Shown: positions 1-10,370 of the stretch, piece by piece
Layout: each line of letters begins with the position of its first letter
How positions within the stretch are numbered: the first letter of the stretch is position 1
NCBI GenBank assembly: GCA_035429665.1
Contig: DAOMFF010000001.1
Span: 1 to 33,224 of the forward strand
Origin: Azonexus sp.
GTDB lineage: Bacteria > Pseudomonadota > Gammaproteobacteria > Burkholderiales > Rhodocyclaceae
Direction of reading: 5' to 3'
Length of the DNA: 33,224 nucleotides
The notes under the pieces: model-generated
The model's database searches: none
What the model was told of the DNA's origin: nothing
Seen by the model: the letters and a program-made list of their open reading frames with translations, nothing else
Made by a program: the position numbers and the translations under genes

Positions 1-2
1 CG

Positions 3-497
3 GGGGCCGACAAGCGTTATCTGGTGCTGGTCAAGGGGCGCTGGATGAACACTACGCAGCACGTCAAACTGCCGCTGCACAAGTCTCTGACGGAAGGCGG
101 CGAGCGGCGAGTATCGGTCAATCCGGAGGGCAAGGCCGCGCATACGGTTTTCCGCCTGCTGGCGCGCTGGCCGGAGATCAGTCTGCTCGAAGCCCAACTG
201 AAAACCGGGAGAACCCATCAGATCCGGGTGCATCTCGCGCATCTGGGCTTTCCGATTCTTGGCGACGAAAAATACGGCGATTTCGCGCTTAACCGGGATC
301 TCAAACGCGCCGGACTCAAACGCATGGCCCTGCACGCCTGGCGCATTTCACTACGGCACCCGCTGAACGGAACACCTCTGGAATGCACCGCTCCACTGCC
401 GGAGGCCATCGCCAGCTACATTGCCGCGGTCGACGGCGAAAAAGCGCGCGAATTCAGCGCCGACGGTCTGGAACAAATTATCGGCAAGGGGCCCTGA
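3..497 (+). CDS. rluC: RluA-family 23S rRNA pseudouridine synthase, RluC-like (5'-truncated by window edge)
   Basis: Frame is open from the window start (GADKRYLVLVKG). Motifs TGRTHQIRVH, PILGDEKYG and RMALHA. Typical rluC-HAD-Rieske-sppA context. Confidence 0.85.
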   Translation, partial: GADKRYLVLVKGRWMNTTQHVKLPLHKSLTEGGERRVSVNPEGKAAHTVFRLLARWPEISLLEAQLKTGRTHQIRVHLAHLGFPILGDEKYGDFALNRDLKRAGLKRMALHAWRISLRHPLNGTPLECTAPLPEAIASYIAAVDGEKAREFSADGLEQIIGKGP

Positions 498-502
498 AGC
501 GC

Positions 503-1153
503 ATGAAATACGATCTGGTGGTTTTCGACTGGGACGGGACACTGCTTGATTCGGCGGGAGCGATTGTCCAGGCGATCCAGGCTGCGTGTCGCGACATTGG
601 TCATCCCCCGCCGGGCGACGACAGGGCCCGGCATGTCATCGGTCTTGGTCTGGCGGATGCGATGCGCCATGCGGCGCCGGATCTGCCCCCGGAACGCTAT
701 CAGGCGATGGTTGATCGCTACCGTTTTCACTATCTCGGTGCAGATCATCGACTGACCTTGTTCGAGGGAATCCCAGAATTGCTGGCCGAATTGCAGTCAG
801 CAGGCCACATTCTGGCGATTGCCACCGGCAAGAGCCGCCTTGGGCTGGAACGGGCGCTCGATCATTCCGGGTTGCGCGCGCTGTTTCAAGCCTCGCGCTG
901 TGCCGATGAATGCCATTCCAAGCCGCATCCGCAGATGCTCGAGGAACTGATGGCAGAGTTCGGCGTTGCCGGCGAAGCGACCCTGATGATCGGCGATACC
1001 TCGCACGACCTCCTGATGGCGCAAAATGCGGGCGTCGCTGGTCTTGCTGTCACCTACGGCGCGCATCCGCACGACCATCTGCTCGAACACAGCCCCCTGG
1101 CTTGCCTGCATACCGTTGCCGAACTCGGCACATGGCTCAGGACAAACGCCTGA
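503..1153 (+). CDS. HAD-IA family hydrolase (phosphoglycolate phosphatase-like)
   Basis: Motif I VVFDWDGTL, motif II ATGK, KPHP and MIGDTSHD. Start set at ATG 503, just after the rluC stop. Confidence 0.88.
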   Translation: MKYDLVVFDWDGTLLDSAGAIVQAIQAACRDIGHPPPGDDRARHVIGLGLADAMRHAAPDLPPERYQAMVDRYRFHYLGADHRLTLFEGIPELLAELQSAGHILAIATGKSRLGLERALDHSGLRALFQASRCADECHSKPHPQMLEELMAEFGVAGEATLMIGDTSHDLLMAQNAGVAGLAVTYGAHPHDHLLEHSPLACLHTVAELGTWLRTNA

Positions 1154-1491
1154 TCTGCGCCAGTGCCGATCTGGTCGACGCGGGTAACGGTTTCCGCTTC
1201 CGGGTCAGCCACACAGGGCGCGAGGCAGATGCCTTTGCCGTTCGCTTTCGTGGGAAGGTCTTCGGCTACATCAACGAATGCGGCCACATTCCGGCGCAAC
1301 TTGATTGGCTACCGGGAGAGTTCTTCGATGATTCCAAGCTATACTTGATCTGCTCGGTTCATGGCGCGCTTTATGCTCCGGACTCGGGTCGGTGCCTTGG
1401 CGGGCGCTGTCAAGGCAAAGGCCTGGCGGCACTCGCGCTCGACGAGGCTGATGGTCAGGTCTTTTTGGTACAAGAAAACGTTCATGGATAA
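1132..1491 (+). CDS. Rieske [2Fe-2S] ferredoxin-domain protein
   Basis: Rieske ligand motifs NECGH and ICSVHGA. Start at ATG 1132 (MAQDKRLIC), overlapping the HAD gene end. Confidence 0.88.
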   Translation: MAQDKRLICASADLVDAGNGFRFRVSHTGREADAFAVRFRGKVFGYINECGHIPAQLDWLPGEFFDDSKLYLICSVHGALYAPDSGRCLGGRCQGKGLAALALDEADGQVFLVQENVHG

Positions 1492-2446
1492 TCCCCAAGC
1501 CCCCAACAATTCCCCGGACTGGGAGCGGAAGACGCTCGAGAAGCTGTTGTTCTTGACGCTTGAAGAACAGAAGAACCGGCGGCGTTGGGGAATCTTCTTC
1601 AAGTTTCTCGCTTTCGGCTATCTTGCCCTTGTTCTCGTTGTGCTAGTCGACTGGGGAACCGAGGCATCGCATCAGGAGCGCCATACGGCATTGATCGACG
1701 TGACCGGCATGATCGAAACGAAAGGCGCGTCCAATGCCGAAAAGATGATCGAATCGCTGCAAAGTGCGTTCAAGGAGAAGAACGTTGCCGGGGTGATCCT
1801 GCGCATCAACAGTCCGGGTGGCAGCCCCGTTCAGGCAGGATTGATCAATGACGAGATTCGCCGGCTTCGCTCCAAGCATCCTGAGACCCCGCTTTACGCG
1901 GTGGTCGAGGACATCTGTGCTTCAGGCGGTTACTACGTGGCTGCAGCCGCGGACAAGATTTATGTCAACAAGGCCAGTATCGTCGGTTCTATCGGCGTGC
2001 TGATGGACGGCTTCGGTTTTACCGGGACGATGGAGAAACTGGGCGTCGACCGGCGCCTGCTAACCGCAGGCAACAACAAGGGGTTCCTCGACCCGTTCTC
2101 GCCGCAGAATCCAAATCAGACAGCGCACGCCCAGGTCATGCTCGACGACATCCACCAGCAGTTCATTGACGTGGTCAAGACCGGCCGCGGTGCGCGCCTC
2201 AAGGAAACCCCGGAAATGTTTTCGGGGCTGATGTGGACCGGTGACCAGAGCGTCAAGCTCGGTCTGGCCGACGACTTCGGCAGTGTCGATTCCGTGGCGC
2301 GCGACGTGATCAAGGCCGAGAAGGTGCTCGATTATTCGGTCAGGGACAATATTGCCGAGCGCTTTGCCAGGCGCCTCGGGGCTGGCGCGGTCAACAGCCT
2401 GTGGAAGGGGTTTTTCGAGACCTCGGCTGGCGTCAGCCTGCGCTGA
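1484..2446 (+). CDS. sppA: S49 family peptidase (signal peptide peptidase SppA, short form)
   Basis: N-terminal TM segment, INSPGGSP, CASGGYY, SIVGSIGV and MFSGLMWTG motifs. Confidence 0.88.
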   Translation: MDNPQAPNNSPDWERKTLEKLLFLTLEEQKNRRRWGIFFKFLAFGYLALVLVVLVDWGTEASHQERHTALIDVTGMIETKGASNAEKMIESLQSAFKEKNVAGVILRINSPGGSPVQAGLINDEIRRLRSKHPETPLYAVVEDICASGGYYVAAAADKIYVNKASIVGSIGVLMDGFGFTGTMEKLGVDRRLLTAGNNKGFLDPFSPQNPNQTAHAQVMLDDIHQQFIDVVKTGRGARLKETPEMFSGLMWTGDQSVKLGLADDFGSVDSVARDVIKAEKVLDYSVRDNIAERFARRLGAGAVNSLWKGFFETSAGVSLR

Positions 2447-2452
2447 AGCCGC

Positions 2453-3160
2453 TTACGCCAGCAGCAGGAACACCGTCGGACGCCGCTCGATTGCGGGCGG
2501 AGTCTGCTTTTTCCACTCCCGGATCGCGCGGGTCACGACCGATTCACCTGGCAGCGTGAGGTCGGTTGCCAGGGTCAGGCGGGTTGCCGGATCGCAGACC
2601 TGCAGGGTTGTTGTGAACAACTGCTGGTTTCGGTAAGGTGTTTCGATGAAGATTTGCGTTTGCTGCCGCTTTCGCGATTCGCTCTCGAGGTCGCGCAAGG
2701 CTTTTGCCCGCTCGGTTTCCTTTGCCGGAAGATAGCCGTGGAAGGCGAAACGCTGTCCGTTCAGGCCGGAAGCCATGAGCGCCAGCAGCAGCGAGGAGGG
2801 GCCGATCAGTGGGGCGACGCGGATGTGTTCTTGGTGGGCGAGCGCCACCAGGTTGGCCCCGGGGTCGGCGACAGCCGGGCAGCCCGCTTCCGAGAGCAGG
2901 CCAACGTCATGGCCAGCGCGCAATGGCAGCAGCAGGCGTTCCAGAGCTTCCGGCTGGGTGTGCTCGTTGAGTTCGGCAAGCTGCAATTCCTGCAACGGCA
3001 CGTCGGTGGCGACCGCCTTGAGGAAGGCGCGGGCACTCTTCGGCTGTTCCACGATGAAGTGGGCGAGCGGGCGCACCGCAGACAGCACGCTTGCCGGCAG
3101 CGATTCCTCAAGCGGTGTCGGGCCGAGCGGCACGGGGATCAGATAGAGCGTCCCGGCCAT
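2453..3160 (-). CDS. RsmI-like SAM-dependent methyltransferase (tetrapyrrole methylase fold)
   Basis: GTLYLIPVPLG, LLSEAGCPAVADPG, GPSS, ASGLNGQRFAFHGYLP and FIETPYRN motifs. Confidence 0.85.
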   Translation of the reverse strand: MAGTLYLIPVPLGPTPLEESLPASVLSAVRPLAHFIVEQPKSARAFLKAVATDVPLQELQLAELNEHTQPEALERLLLPLRAGHDVGLLSEAGCPAVADPGANLVALAHQEHIRVAPLIGPSSLLLALMASGLNGQRFAFHGYLPAKETERAKALRDLESESRKRQQTQIFIETPYRNQQLFTTTLQVCDPATRLTLATDLTLPGESVVTRAIREWKKQTPPAIERRPTVFLLLA

Positions 3161-3741
3161 CAGGGCACCGCCACGCCCTGTCTTCTAAGGAGGGCGCAGA
3201 GAGCGATCAGGGGCAGGCCCACCAGCGCATTCGGATCATCACCGGCGATACGGCTCAGAAGCCCGATTCCGAGACCTTCCGATCTGGCGGATCCGGCGCA
3301 ATCATAGGCCGGCTCGCGCCGCAGGTAACGTTCGATCTCTTCATCCGTCAGATTGCGGAAGGTAACCAGGGTTGGGACACCGCAAACCTCGACCACACCG
3401 GTGCGGGTGTTGTAGAGGCAGAGACCGGTATAGAAATTGACCGTCTTTCCCGAGAGGACACGCAATTGGTCGACTGCGCGCTCGTGGCTTCCCGGCTTGC
3501 CATAGATCAGCCCATCGACCGTGGCAACCTGGTCACTGCCTATGATCAGTGCGTCCGGATGGGCAACGGCGACGGCCCGCGCCTTGGCTTCGGAGAGACG
3601 CAATGCCATTGCTTCCGGACTCTCGCCGGGCAAACGACTCTCGTCGGTTTGCGGGCTGGCAACTGCGAACGGCAAGCCGAGGCGGTGCAACAATTCGCGA
3701 CGGTACGGCGAAGTCGACGCGAGAATCAGGGTCTGTGACAT
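3160..3741 (-). CDS. maf: Maf family nucleoside triphosphate pyrophosphatase (YceF-type)
   Basis: [36 protein letters not shown] and LVGLPL. TGATG overlap with the downstream gene. Divergent from yceD, as yceF is. Confidence 0.9.
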   Translation of the reverse strand: MSQTLILASTSPYRRELLHRLGLPFAVASPQTDESRLPGESPEAMALRLSEAKARAVAVAHPDALIIGSDQVATVDGLIYGKPGSHERAVDQLRVLSGKTVNFYTGLCLYNTRTGVVEVCGVPTLVTFRNLTDEEIERYLRREPAYDCAGSARSEGLGIGLLSRIAGDDPNALVGLPLIALCALLRRQGVAVP

Positions 3742-3795
3742 GAAAGTTCCAATACAACAAAGTGTTGCCGCAATTTCTTAAAGTAGCACTTTGTT

Positions 3796-3824
3796 TTGAC
3801 TTGGCGAGCAAGAGATATTATCAT
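3796..3824 (+). promoter_or_regulatory. Sigma70 promoter for the yceD-rpmF-plsX-fab operon
   Basis: TTGACT (3796-3801), 17-bp spacer, TATCAT (3819-3824). Confidence 0.75.
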
Positions 3825-3852
3825 TGCACGTTTGAGTCGCAACAGCTTCAAA

Positions 3853-4341
3853 TTGAAAAGGATTTCGGACGCATTCGCGTTTTCCCGGGGAGGTCGTGCT
3901 GTCGAAGGGATGCTGGCACTGTCCCGTCTTGAACGCCTACATGACCTGCTGGCCGAACTGGCTGGAGAGGTGAGCTTCCGTATCAGTGGACTAATTGGGG
4001 ATCGGGGAGAGTCGATGCTGCGTCTGGAGGTTTCGGGATCGCTCCCGCTGGCCTGTCAGCGTTGTCTGGAAGCCATTTCTTTCGACCTCGATGTCGACAT
4101 TTTTCTGGAACTGCTTCCAGAGGGTGCCGAGATGTCGCAGGACGAGCTGGAAGACGACACCCGTGATTTCCTGCCAGTGGCGGGCAAACTGGATGTGGCC
4201 GAATTGGTGGAGGACGAAATCCTCCTGGTCCTGCCGGTTGCGCCAAGGCACGAAAGATGTGGGTTGCCGGGCACGGCCGATGCGGGCGAGCGGATTCACC
4301 CGTTCGCGCAGCTGACCGGACTCAGAGGCAAGCCGAACTGA
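3853..4341 (+). CDS. yceD: YceD/DUF177 family protein (large ribosomal subunit biogenesis)
   Basis: CQRCL motif and LVEDEILLVLPVAPRH...HPFAQL, directly upstream of rpmF. Start is uncertain (TTG 3832 or TTG 3853). The ORF-track start at 3796 coincides with the -35 box. Confidence 0.85.
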   Translation: MKRISDAFAFSRGGRAVEGMLALSRLERLHDLLAELAGEVSFRISGLIGDRGESMLRLEVSGSLPLACQRCLEAISFDLDVDIFLELLPEGAEMSQDELEDDTRDFLPVAGKLDVAELVEDEILLVLPVAPRHERCGLPGTADAGERIHPFAQLTGLRGKPN

Positions 4342-4359
4342 TTTTTTTGGAGTATTGAC

Positions 4360-4539
4360 ATGGCTGTTCAACAGAACAAGAAATCCCCTTCCAAGCGTGG
4401 CATGCATCGCGCTCACGACTTCCTGTCCAATCCGCCGCTGGCCGCTGAGCCTACCACCGGGGAAGTACATCTGCGGCACCATATTTCGCCGAATGGCGTC
4501 TATCGCGGCAAGAAGGTTCTCAAGGCCAAGGGCGAGTAA
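4360..4539 (+). CDS. rpmF: 50S ribosomal protein L32 (Cys-free type)
   Basis: Manual translation gives [59 protein letters not shown] (59 aa). GGAG RBS upstream. Not in the ORF track. Confidence 0.95.
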   Translation: MAVQQNKKSPSKRGMHRAHDFLSNPPLAAEPTTGEVHLRHHISPNGVYRGKKVLKAKGE

Positions 4540-4552
4540 TCGTTCAATGAAG

Positions 4553-4590
4553 GGCAGGCTGTCCGTTCCGGGCTGCCTGTCTTTTATTTT
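4553..4590 (+). terminator. Imperfect hairpin plus T-rich tail between rpmF and plsX (possible partial terminator)
   Basis: GGCAGGC...GCCTGTC stem followed by TTTTATTTT. Confidence 0.45.
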
Positions 4591-4593
4591 GCC

Positions 4594-5625
4594 ATGACAG
4601 CCCGCATCGCCATCGATTGCATGGGAGGAGACCACGGACCGTCGGTGACGGTTCCGGCGTCCCTGCGTTTTCTCGAAGACCATCCGGCCGCCAGCCTGAT
4701 CCTCGTCGGCCGCGAGGAGATGCTGCAACCGCTGTTGGGCAAATGGGCCGCGAATTCCCGCCTGCGCATCGTCCACGCTTCGGAAGTTGTGGAGATGCAC
4801 GAATCGCCAGCGCTTGCGTTGCGCAACAAGAAGGATTCGTCGATGCGGGTGGCGATAAACCTCGTCAAGAATGGCGAGGCCGATGCCTGCGTGTCGGCGG
4901 GCAACACCGGTGCGCTGATGGCGATTTCACGGTTTGTCATGAAGATGATGCCGGGAATCGAGCGACCGGCGATCTGTGCGGCCGTGCCGACGGCCAAAGG
5001 GCATACCCACATGCTCGACCTTGGTGCCAATGTCGATTGCGGACCGGAACATCTGCTCCAGTTCGGCATCATGGGCGCCATGCTCGTCGCCGCGATGGAG
5101 CACAGCGATCGCCCGACGGTCGGCATCCTCAATATCGGTGAGGAAGAGATCAAGGGCAACGAAGCGGTCAAGGCCGCCGCCGAGCTTCTCCGCGCGTCCG
5201 ATCTCAATTTCATCGGCAACGTCGAGGGCGACGGCATCTACAAGGGCGATGCCGATGTCGTCGTCTGCGACGGTTTCGTCGGCAATGTCGCCCTGAAGGC
5301 GTCGGAGGGACTGGCGCAGATGCTGGGTTCATCGCTGCGTGGCGAGTTCAAGCGCAACTGGCTGACCAAGCTGGCAGCCGTCATCGCGATGTCTGTTCTC
5401 AACAATTTCAAGCAACGCTTCGACCATCGCCGTTACAACGGGGCCATCCTGCTGGGCCTGCGCGGCATTTCGGTCAAGAGCCACGGATCAGCCGATGCTT
5501 TCGCCTTTGGCTACGCCGTTGGCCGTGCCTACGATGCGGCCGAGAACCGCGTCCTCGAGCGGATCGCCGCGCGAATCGCATCGATGGCCGATACGCAGGT
5601 TGCCAGAGTCGAGGAGAGCGCCTGA
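4594..5625 (+). CDS. plsX: Phosphate acyltransferase PlsX
   Basis: [39 protein letters not shown] and KSHGS. Confidence 0.96.
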   Translation: MTARIAIDCMGGDHGPSVTVPASLRFLEDHPAASLILVGREEMLQPLLGKWAANSRLRIVHASEVVEMHESPALALRNKKDSSMRVAINLVKNGEADACVSAGNTGALMAISRFVMKMMPGIERPAICAAVPTAKGHTHMLDLGANVDCGPEHLLQFGIMGAMLVAAMEHSDRPTVGILNIGEEEIKGNEAVKAAAELLRASDLNFIGNVEGDGIYKGDADVVVCDGFVGNVALKASEGLAQMLGSSLRGEFKRNWLTKLAAVIAMSVLNNFKQRFDHRRYNGAILLGLRGISVKSHGSADAFAFGYAVGRAYDAAENRVLERIAARIASMADTQVARVEESA

Positions 5626-6588
5626 ATGTATGCGCGACTGACCGGCACCGGCAGCTGCCTTCCCGGTAACCCGGTGAGCAATGACGACCTAGTGCTGCGC
5701 GGCATCGATACCAGTGACGAGTGGGTTGTTTCGCGTACCGGAATCCGCAGTCGGTTCTTGGCTGCGCCGGGAACGACCTCGAGCGAACTGGGTCTTGTCG
5801 CCGCGCAGCGGGCGCTGGAGATGGCCGGCATCGCGGCCAGCGACATAGACCTGATCATCGTGGCGACATCAACTCCAGATTTCATTTTTCCCAGTACCGC
5901 CTGCCTGATCCAGGGCCGGCTGGGCAGCAGTAAGGGCGCAGCCGCGTTCGACGTCCAGGCCGTCTGCAGCGGCTTTGTCTACGCTCTGGGGATCGCCGAA
6001 AAGTTCATCCGCTCGGGCAGCAACAGCAAGGCGCTGGTGATCGGCGCCGAGGTGTTTTCGCGGATTCTTGACTGGAACGATCGCGGCACCTGTGTGCTTT
6101 TCGGCGACGGGGCAGGCGCGGTGGTCGTCGAGGCTTCTGAAAAGCCAGGGATCCTCGCCACGGCGATGCATGCCGATGGCAGCCAGAACGGCATTCTGAA
6201 TGTTCCGGGTCAGGTTTGCGGGGGCCAGGTGACCGGCGACCCATTCCTGCGCATGGACGGTCAGGCGGTCTTCAAGTTTGCCGTGCGTGTTCTGGCGGAG
6301 GTTGCCGAAGAGGTGTGCGTGGAGGCGGGCATCCACACGAACGCGGTGGACTGGCTGATTCCGCATCAGGCAAATGTCCGCATCATGGACGCCACAGCAA
6401 GAAAACTCGGCGTCGACCGCGGCAAGGTGATCATCACCGTCGATCGGCACGGCAATACTTCCGCGGCTTCGGTTCCGCTGGCGCTCGACGAAGCCGTTCG
6501 TGACGGACGCATCCGGACCGGGCAAAAGGTGCTGCTGGAAGGCGTCGGCGGTGGCTTCACCTGGGGCGCGGCGCTGCTCGAATTCTGA
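5626..6588 (+). CDS. fabH: 3-oxoacyl-ACP synthase III
   Basis: AVCSGF (catalytic Cys), [13 protein letters not shown] and GNTSAAS. Confidence 0.96.
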   Translation: MYARLTGTGSCLPGNPVSNDDLVLRGIDTSDEWVVSRTGIRSRFLAAPGTTSSELGLVAAQRALEMAGIAASDIDLIIVATSTPDFIFPSTACLIQGRLGSSKGAAAFDVQAVCSGFVYALGIAEKFIRSGSNSKALVIGAEVFSRILDWNDRGTCVLFGDGAGAVVVEASEKPGILATAMHADGSQNGILNVPGQVCGGQVTGDPFLRMDGQAVFKFAVRVLAEVAEEVCVEAGIHTNAVDWLIPHQANVRIMDATARKLGVDRGKVIITVDRHGNTSAASVPLALDEAVRDGRIRTGQKVLLEGVGGGFTWGAALLEF

Positions 6589-6605
6589 TCCGGGAGAGGA
6601 AAAAG

Positions 6606-7532
6606 ATGTCTTTCGCTATCGTATTTCCAGGCCAGGGCTCCCAAAGCGTTGGCATGATGGCTGCCTACGGCGAGGCTGCCGTGCTTCGCGCTACCTTCGA
6701 CGAGGCTTCCGGCGCACTCGGCGAAGACCTGTGGGCAATGGTCGCCGATGGTCCGGCGGAAGTCCTTGCCCAGACGGTGAATACGCAGCCGGTCATGCTG
6801 ACTGCCGGTATCGCGGCTTGGCGGCTATGGCGTGAGAGGGGAGGTCGCATGCCCGCCGTCGTCGCCGGTCATAGCCTCGGCGAGTATTCGGCGCTGGTCG
6901 TCGCCGGCGTTATCGAACTCAAGGATGCCGTGCTTCTCGTTCGGCTGCGCGCGTCTGCCATGCAGGAAGCCGTTCCGTTTGGCGCAGGCGCCATGGCGGC
7001 AATTCTTGGCCTCGATGACGCGGGCGTTACCGCCGCCTGTGCCGAGGCCGCCCAGGGCGAGGTTGTCGAACCGGTCAATTTCAATGCCAATGGCCAGACG
7101 GTCATTGCCGGGCACAAGAACGCGGTCGAGCGCGCCATGGAAGGCTGCAAGGTGCGGGGCGCCAGGATGGCCAAGGCGCTGCCGGTTTCCGCGCCGTTCC
7201 ATTCGTCGTTGATCCGTCCGGCAGCCGACAAACTGGCGGCGCGTCTGGCCGAACTGGATTTTCTGACGCCGGTTGTTCCGGTGATCAACAATGTCGATGT
7301 CGCAATCGAGAGCGAACCGGAACGCATCAAGGACGCGCTGATCCGTCAGGCCTATAACCCGGTACGCTGGGTCGAGACCATCCAGAAAATAGCCGCTCTT
7401 GGCGTGTCTACCGTAGCCGAGTGTGGTCCAGGCAAGGTGTTGGCCGGACTGACCAAACGCTGCGCCGATGGTGTTGCCGGCGTGGCTCTAGCGGATGCCG
7501 CTTCGATCGAAGCCAACCTGGGTCTGGAGTAA
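6606..7532 (+). CDS. fabD: Malonyl-CoA:ACP transacylase
   Basis: FPGQGSQ, GHSLGEY, VSAPFHS and PVRW. Confidence 0.96.
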   Translation: MSFAIVFPGQGSQSVGMMAAYGEAAVLRATFDEASGALGEDLWAMVADGPAEVLAQTVNTQPVMLTAGIAAWRLWRERGGRMPAVVAGHSLGEYSALVVAGVIELKDAVLLVRLRASAMQEAVPFGAGAMAAILGLDDAGVTAACAEAAQGEVVEPVNFNANGQTVIAGHKNAVERAMEGCKVRGARMAKALPVSAPFHSSLIRPAADKLAARLAELDFLTPVVPVINNVDVAIESEPERIKDALIRQAYNPVRWVETIQKIAALGVSTVAECGPGKVLAGLTKRCADGVAGVALADAASIEANLGLE

Positions 7533-7535
7533 GTC

Positions 7536-8276
7536 ATGCTGAACGACAAGGTCGCTTTCGTCACCGGCGCCACCCGCGGCATCGGTCGCGCCATTGCGCT
7601 GGAACTCGGCAAGCAGGGCGCGACGGTGATCGGCACGGCGACCAGCGAAGACGGGGCCGGCAAAATATCCGCTTATCTCGCCGAAGCCGGTATCAAGGGC
7701 AAGGGAGTCATGCTAGACGTCACCGACAACGCCCGGACCGACGTCGTCCTGGCAGATGCTGCCAAGGAGTTCGGTGTCATCACCATCCTGGTCAACAATG
7801 CCGGGATTACCCGCGACAACCTGGCGATGCGCATGGGCGACGACGAGTGGGACGCCGTGATCGACACGAATCTGAAGGCGGTTTTCCGTCTCACGCGCGC
7901 TGTCATGCGTGGAATGATGAAGGCGCGCTTTGGGCGCGTGGTCAACATAACTTCAGTGGTCGGCTATTCAGGAAACCCGGGCCAGGCCAACTACTGCGCG
8001 GCGAAGGCTGGCGTTGCCGGTCTCACCCGATCGCTGGCACGGGAACTGGGAAGCCGCAATATCACGGTCAACTGCGTGGCTCCGGGCTTTATCGCTACCG
8101 ACATGACGCATGCCTTGAGCGAAGAGCAGAGGCAGGCCATGCTGGCCGCGATTCCGCTCGGTCGTGCCGGCACTCCGGAAGATATCGCCGGTGTCGTGGG
8201 CTTTCTTGCGTCCCCGGCAGCCAGCTATGTTACAGGCACGACAGTGCATGTGAATGGCGGCATGTTCATGGATTGA
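7536..8276 (+). CDS. fabG: 3-oxoacyl-ACP reductase
   Basis: TGATRGIG, NNAGITRD, YCAAK (YxxxK) and VNGGM. Confidence 0.96.
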   Translation: MLNDKVAFVTGATRGIGRAIALELGKQGATVIGTATSEDGAGKISAYLAEAGIKGKGVMLDVTDNARTDVVLADAAKEFGVITILVNNAGITRDNLAMRMGDDEWDAVIDTNLKAVFRLTRAVMRGMMKARFGRVVNITSVVGYSGNPGQANYCAAKAGVAGLTRSLARELGSRNITVNCVAPGFIATDMTHALSEEQRQAMLAAIPLGRAGTPEDIAGVVGFLASPAASYVTGTTVHVNGGMFMD

Positions 8277-8296
8277 TTTCCCGAAGCCCCAGCTTT

Positions 8297-8305
8297 TGGT
8301 AAACT
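8297..8305 (+). promoter_or_regulatory. Possible extended -10 promoter element for acpP
   Basis: TG-G-TAAACT in the fabG-acpP spacer. No strong -35 seen. Confidence 0.4.
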
Positions 8306-8350
8306 ATCAACGTTTTTTTACGCACCCCCAAGAGGGAAGGAGTTTTTCTA

Positions 8351-8587
8351 ATGGATAACATCGTAGAGCGCGTCAAGAAGATTGTCGCCGAACAGTTGGG
8401 CGTCAATGAAGCGGACATCAAGAACGAGTCATCGTTCGTTGACGATCTGGGGGCGGATTCGCTGGATACCGTCGAACTGGTCATGGCGCTCGAAGAGGAA
8501 TTCGAGTGCGAAATTCCTGACGAACAGGCTGAGAAGATCACCACGGTCCAGCAGGCGGTCGACTATATCCTGGCCAACAAGGCCTGA
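8351..8587 (+). CDS. acpP: Acyl carrier protein
   Basis: [20 protein letters not shown] phosphopantetheine site. AAGGAG RBS. Confidence 0.97.
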   Translation: MDNIVERVKKIVAEQLGVNEADIKNESSFVDDLGADSLDTVELVMALEEEFECEIPDEQAEKITTVQQAVDYILANKA

Positions 8588-8605
8588 TACATATCGTCTG
8601 ATTCA

Positions 8606-8645
8606 GCGACAAGGCCGGCCCCATGGTCGGCCTTGCCGCATTTGT
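8606..8645 (+). terminator. Strong hairpin between acpP and fabF (terminator or mRNA-stabilising stem)
   Basis: GCGACAAGGCCGGCC-CCAT-GGTCGGCCTTGCCGC followed by ATTTGTATT. Confidence 0.6.
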
Positions 8646-8659
8646 ATTCGGAGTTTACC

Positions 8660-9901
8660 TTGACACGTCGCAGAGTCGTAATCACTGGTCTGGGCCTTGT
8701 TAGTCCGGTCGGAAATACCGTCGAAGAAGGCTGGCAAAACATCGTAGCTGGCCGCTCCGGCATTGGCCATGTCAGCAAGTTCGATACGTCCACCTTTCCG
8801 GTACGGATTGCCGGCGAGGTCAGAGGTTTTGACATTACCCACTACATTTCGTCCAAGGACGCGCGCCGCATGGATAACTTTATCCATTTCGGCATGGCGG
8901 CGGGGATTCAGGCGGTGCGAGACGCGGGTCTGGACAAGGAAAATGTCGCCGACCTCGAGCGCGTGGGGGTGGCAATCGGTTCGGGCATCGGCGGCCTGCC
9001 GCTGATCGAAGTGACCAAGGACGAATACAATGCCGGCGGTGTCCGCAAGGTGTCGCCATTCTTCGTTCCTGGCTCGATCATCAACATGATTTCCGGCAAC
9101 CTGTCGATCATGTACGGTTTCAAGGGTCCGAATATCGCGCTGGTGACCGCCTGCTCGACCGGCACCCATTCGGTAGGCGAAGCCGCGCGCATCATCGAAT
9201 ACGGCGACGCCGACATCATGGTCGCCGGAGGTGCGGAATCGACCGTGTCACCCCTTGGCTTGGGGGGGTTCTGTGCCGCCCGTGCGTTGTCAACCCGCAA
9301 CGACGACCCGACGACTGCCAGCCGGCCGTGGGACAGGGATCGCGATGGCTTCGTTCTCGGTGAAGGTGCCGGTTGCATGGTGCTCGAGGAGTACGAGCAC
9401 GCGAGGGCTCGGGGTGCGAGGATCTACGCCGAAGTCGCCGGTTACGGCATGAGCGCCGATGCCTATCACATGACGCAACCGGCCGAGAGCGGCGACGGCG
9501 CCCGGCGCTGCATGCTGGCGGCGATGAAGAATGCCGGGCTGTCTCCGTCCGACGTCCAGTATGTCAATGCCCACGGCACCTCGACGCCGCTTGGCGACGT
9601 CGCGGAGACGATGGCGGTCAAGAGCGCTTTCGGCGACGTCGTGAAGAATATTGTGGTCAACTCCACCAAGTCGATGACCGGCCACCTGCTTGGCGCAGCG
9701 GGCGGAATTGAAGCGGTTTTCACGGCGCTGGCGATTCACAATCAGATTTCGCCGCCGACCATCAACATCTTCAACCAGGATGCGCGTTGCGACCTCGACT
9801 ATTGTGCGAATCAGGCGCGCCCGATGAGGATCGATGCCGCGCTTTCGAACTCGTTCGGTTTTGGCGGCACCAATGGCACAATCGCCCTCAAACGCATCTG
9901 A
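8660..9901 (+). CDS. fabF: 3-oxoacyl-ACP synthase II
   Basis: RRVVITGLG, TACSTG (catalytic Cys), NAHGTST, GHLLGAAG and NSFGFGGTN. TTG start at 8660 with GGAG RBS. Confidence 0.96.
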   Translation: MTRRRVVITGLGLVSPVGNTVEEGWQNIVAGRSGIGHVSKFDTSTFPVRIAGEVRGFDITHYISSKDARRMDNFIHFGMAAGIQAVRDAGLDKENVADLERVGVAIGSGIGGLPLIEVTKDEYNAGGVRKVSPFFVPGSIINMISGNLSIMYGFKGPNIALVTACSTGTHSVGEAARIIEYGDADIMVAGGAESTVSPLGLGGFCAARALSTRNDDPTTASRPWDRDRDGFVLGEGAGCMVLEEYEHARARGARIYAEVAGYGMSADAYHMTQPAESGDGARRCMLAAMKNAGLSPSDVQYVNAHGTSTPLGDVAETMAVKSAFGDVVKNIVVNSTKSMTGHLLGAAGGIEAVFTALAIHNQISPPTINIFNQDARCDLDYCANQARPMRIDAALSNSFGFGGTNGTIALKRI

Positions 9902-9935
9902 TCTCGCGTAACACTGCGGCAGCCGGCAGGGAACG

Positions 9936-10370
9936 GTGCAGTTTCCGATAACCATCGGACTGCACCGTTCGCGCTTTGTCGACGGGATCCGTCTCGTTTC
10001 AACCGTCATCGGCCTTCTTGCGCTTGCGTTTACAAGCTGGTCCCTGGTCACTTCCTGCCTGCTCGCGGTCGTGACCCTGCTTGCGACGTTCTCGGCTGCG
10101 CGCGCATTGACGCCGCGAATCCGGGCCTTGCGCATCGCTGAAGACGGGCGCGTCAGTTGTCTGGTCGTCGGTGAGTCGGAGTTCTCCCCTGTTCGCCTGC
10201 TGCCCGGTGCAACGGCGCATCCCTGGCTGGCGGTCATGCGTCTCGCTCACGCGGAAGGCAAGTGGCTCATGGTGGTTGCACCGGATTCTGCAGCGTCCGA
10301 GGAATTCCGACGCCTGCGGGTCTGGTTGCGCTGGCGCGCTTCAGTCAGCGACGGCTCAGGCGATTTCTGA
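9936..10370 (+). CDS. YgfX/CptA-like small membrane protein
   Basis: Two hydrophobic helices and C-terminal PDS...[11 protein letters not shown] motif. Overlaps the convergent nadB 3' end by 26 bp. Confidence 0.7.
   Translation: MQFPITIGLHRSRFVDGIRLVSTVIGLLALAFTSWSLVTSCLLAVVTLLATFSAARALTPRIRALRIAEDGRVSCLVVGESEFSPVRLLPGATAHPWLAVMRLAHAEGKWLMVVAPDSAASEEFRRLRVWLRWRASVSDGSGDF

Noticed and set aside
4355-4597. 80-aa ORF in the ORF track over the rpmF position
   Set aside because: Wrong frame. The real gene is rpmF at 4360-4539.
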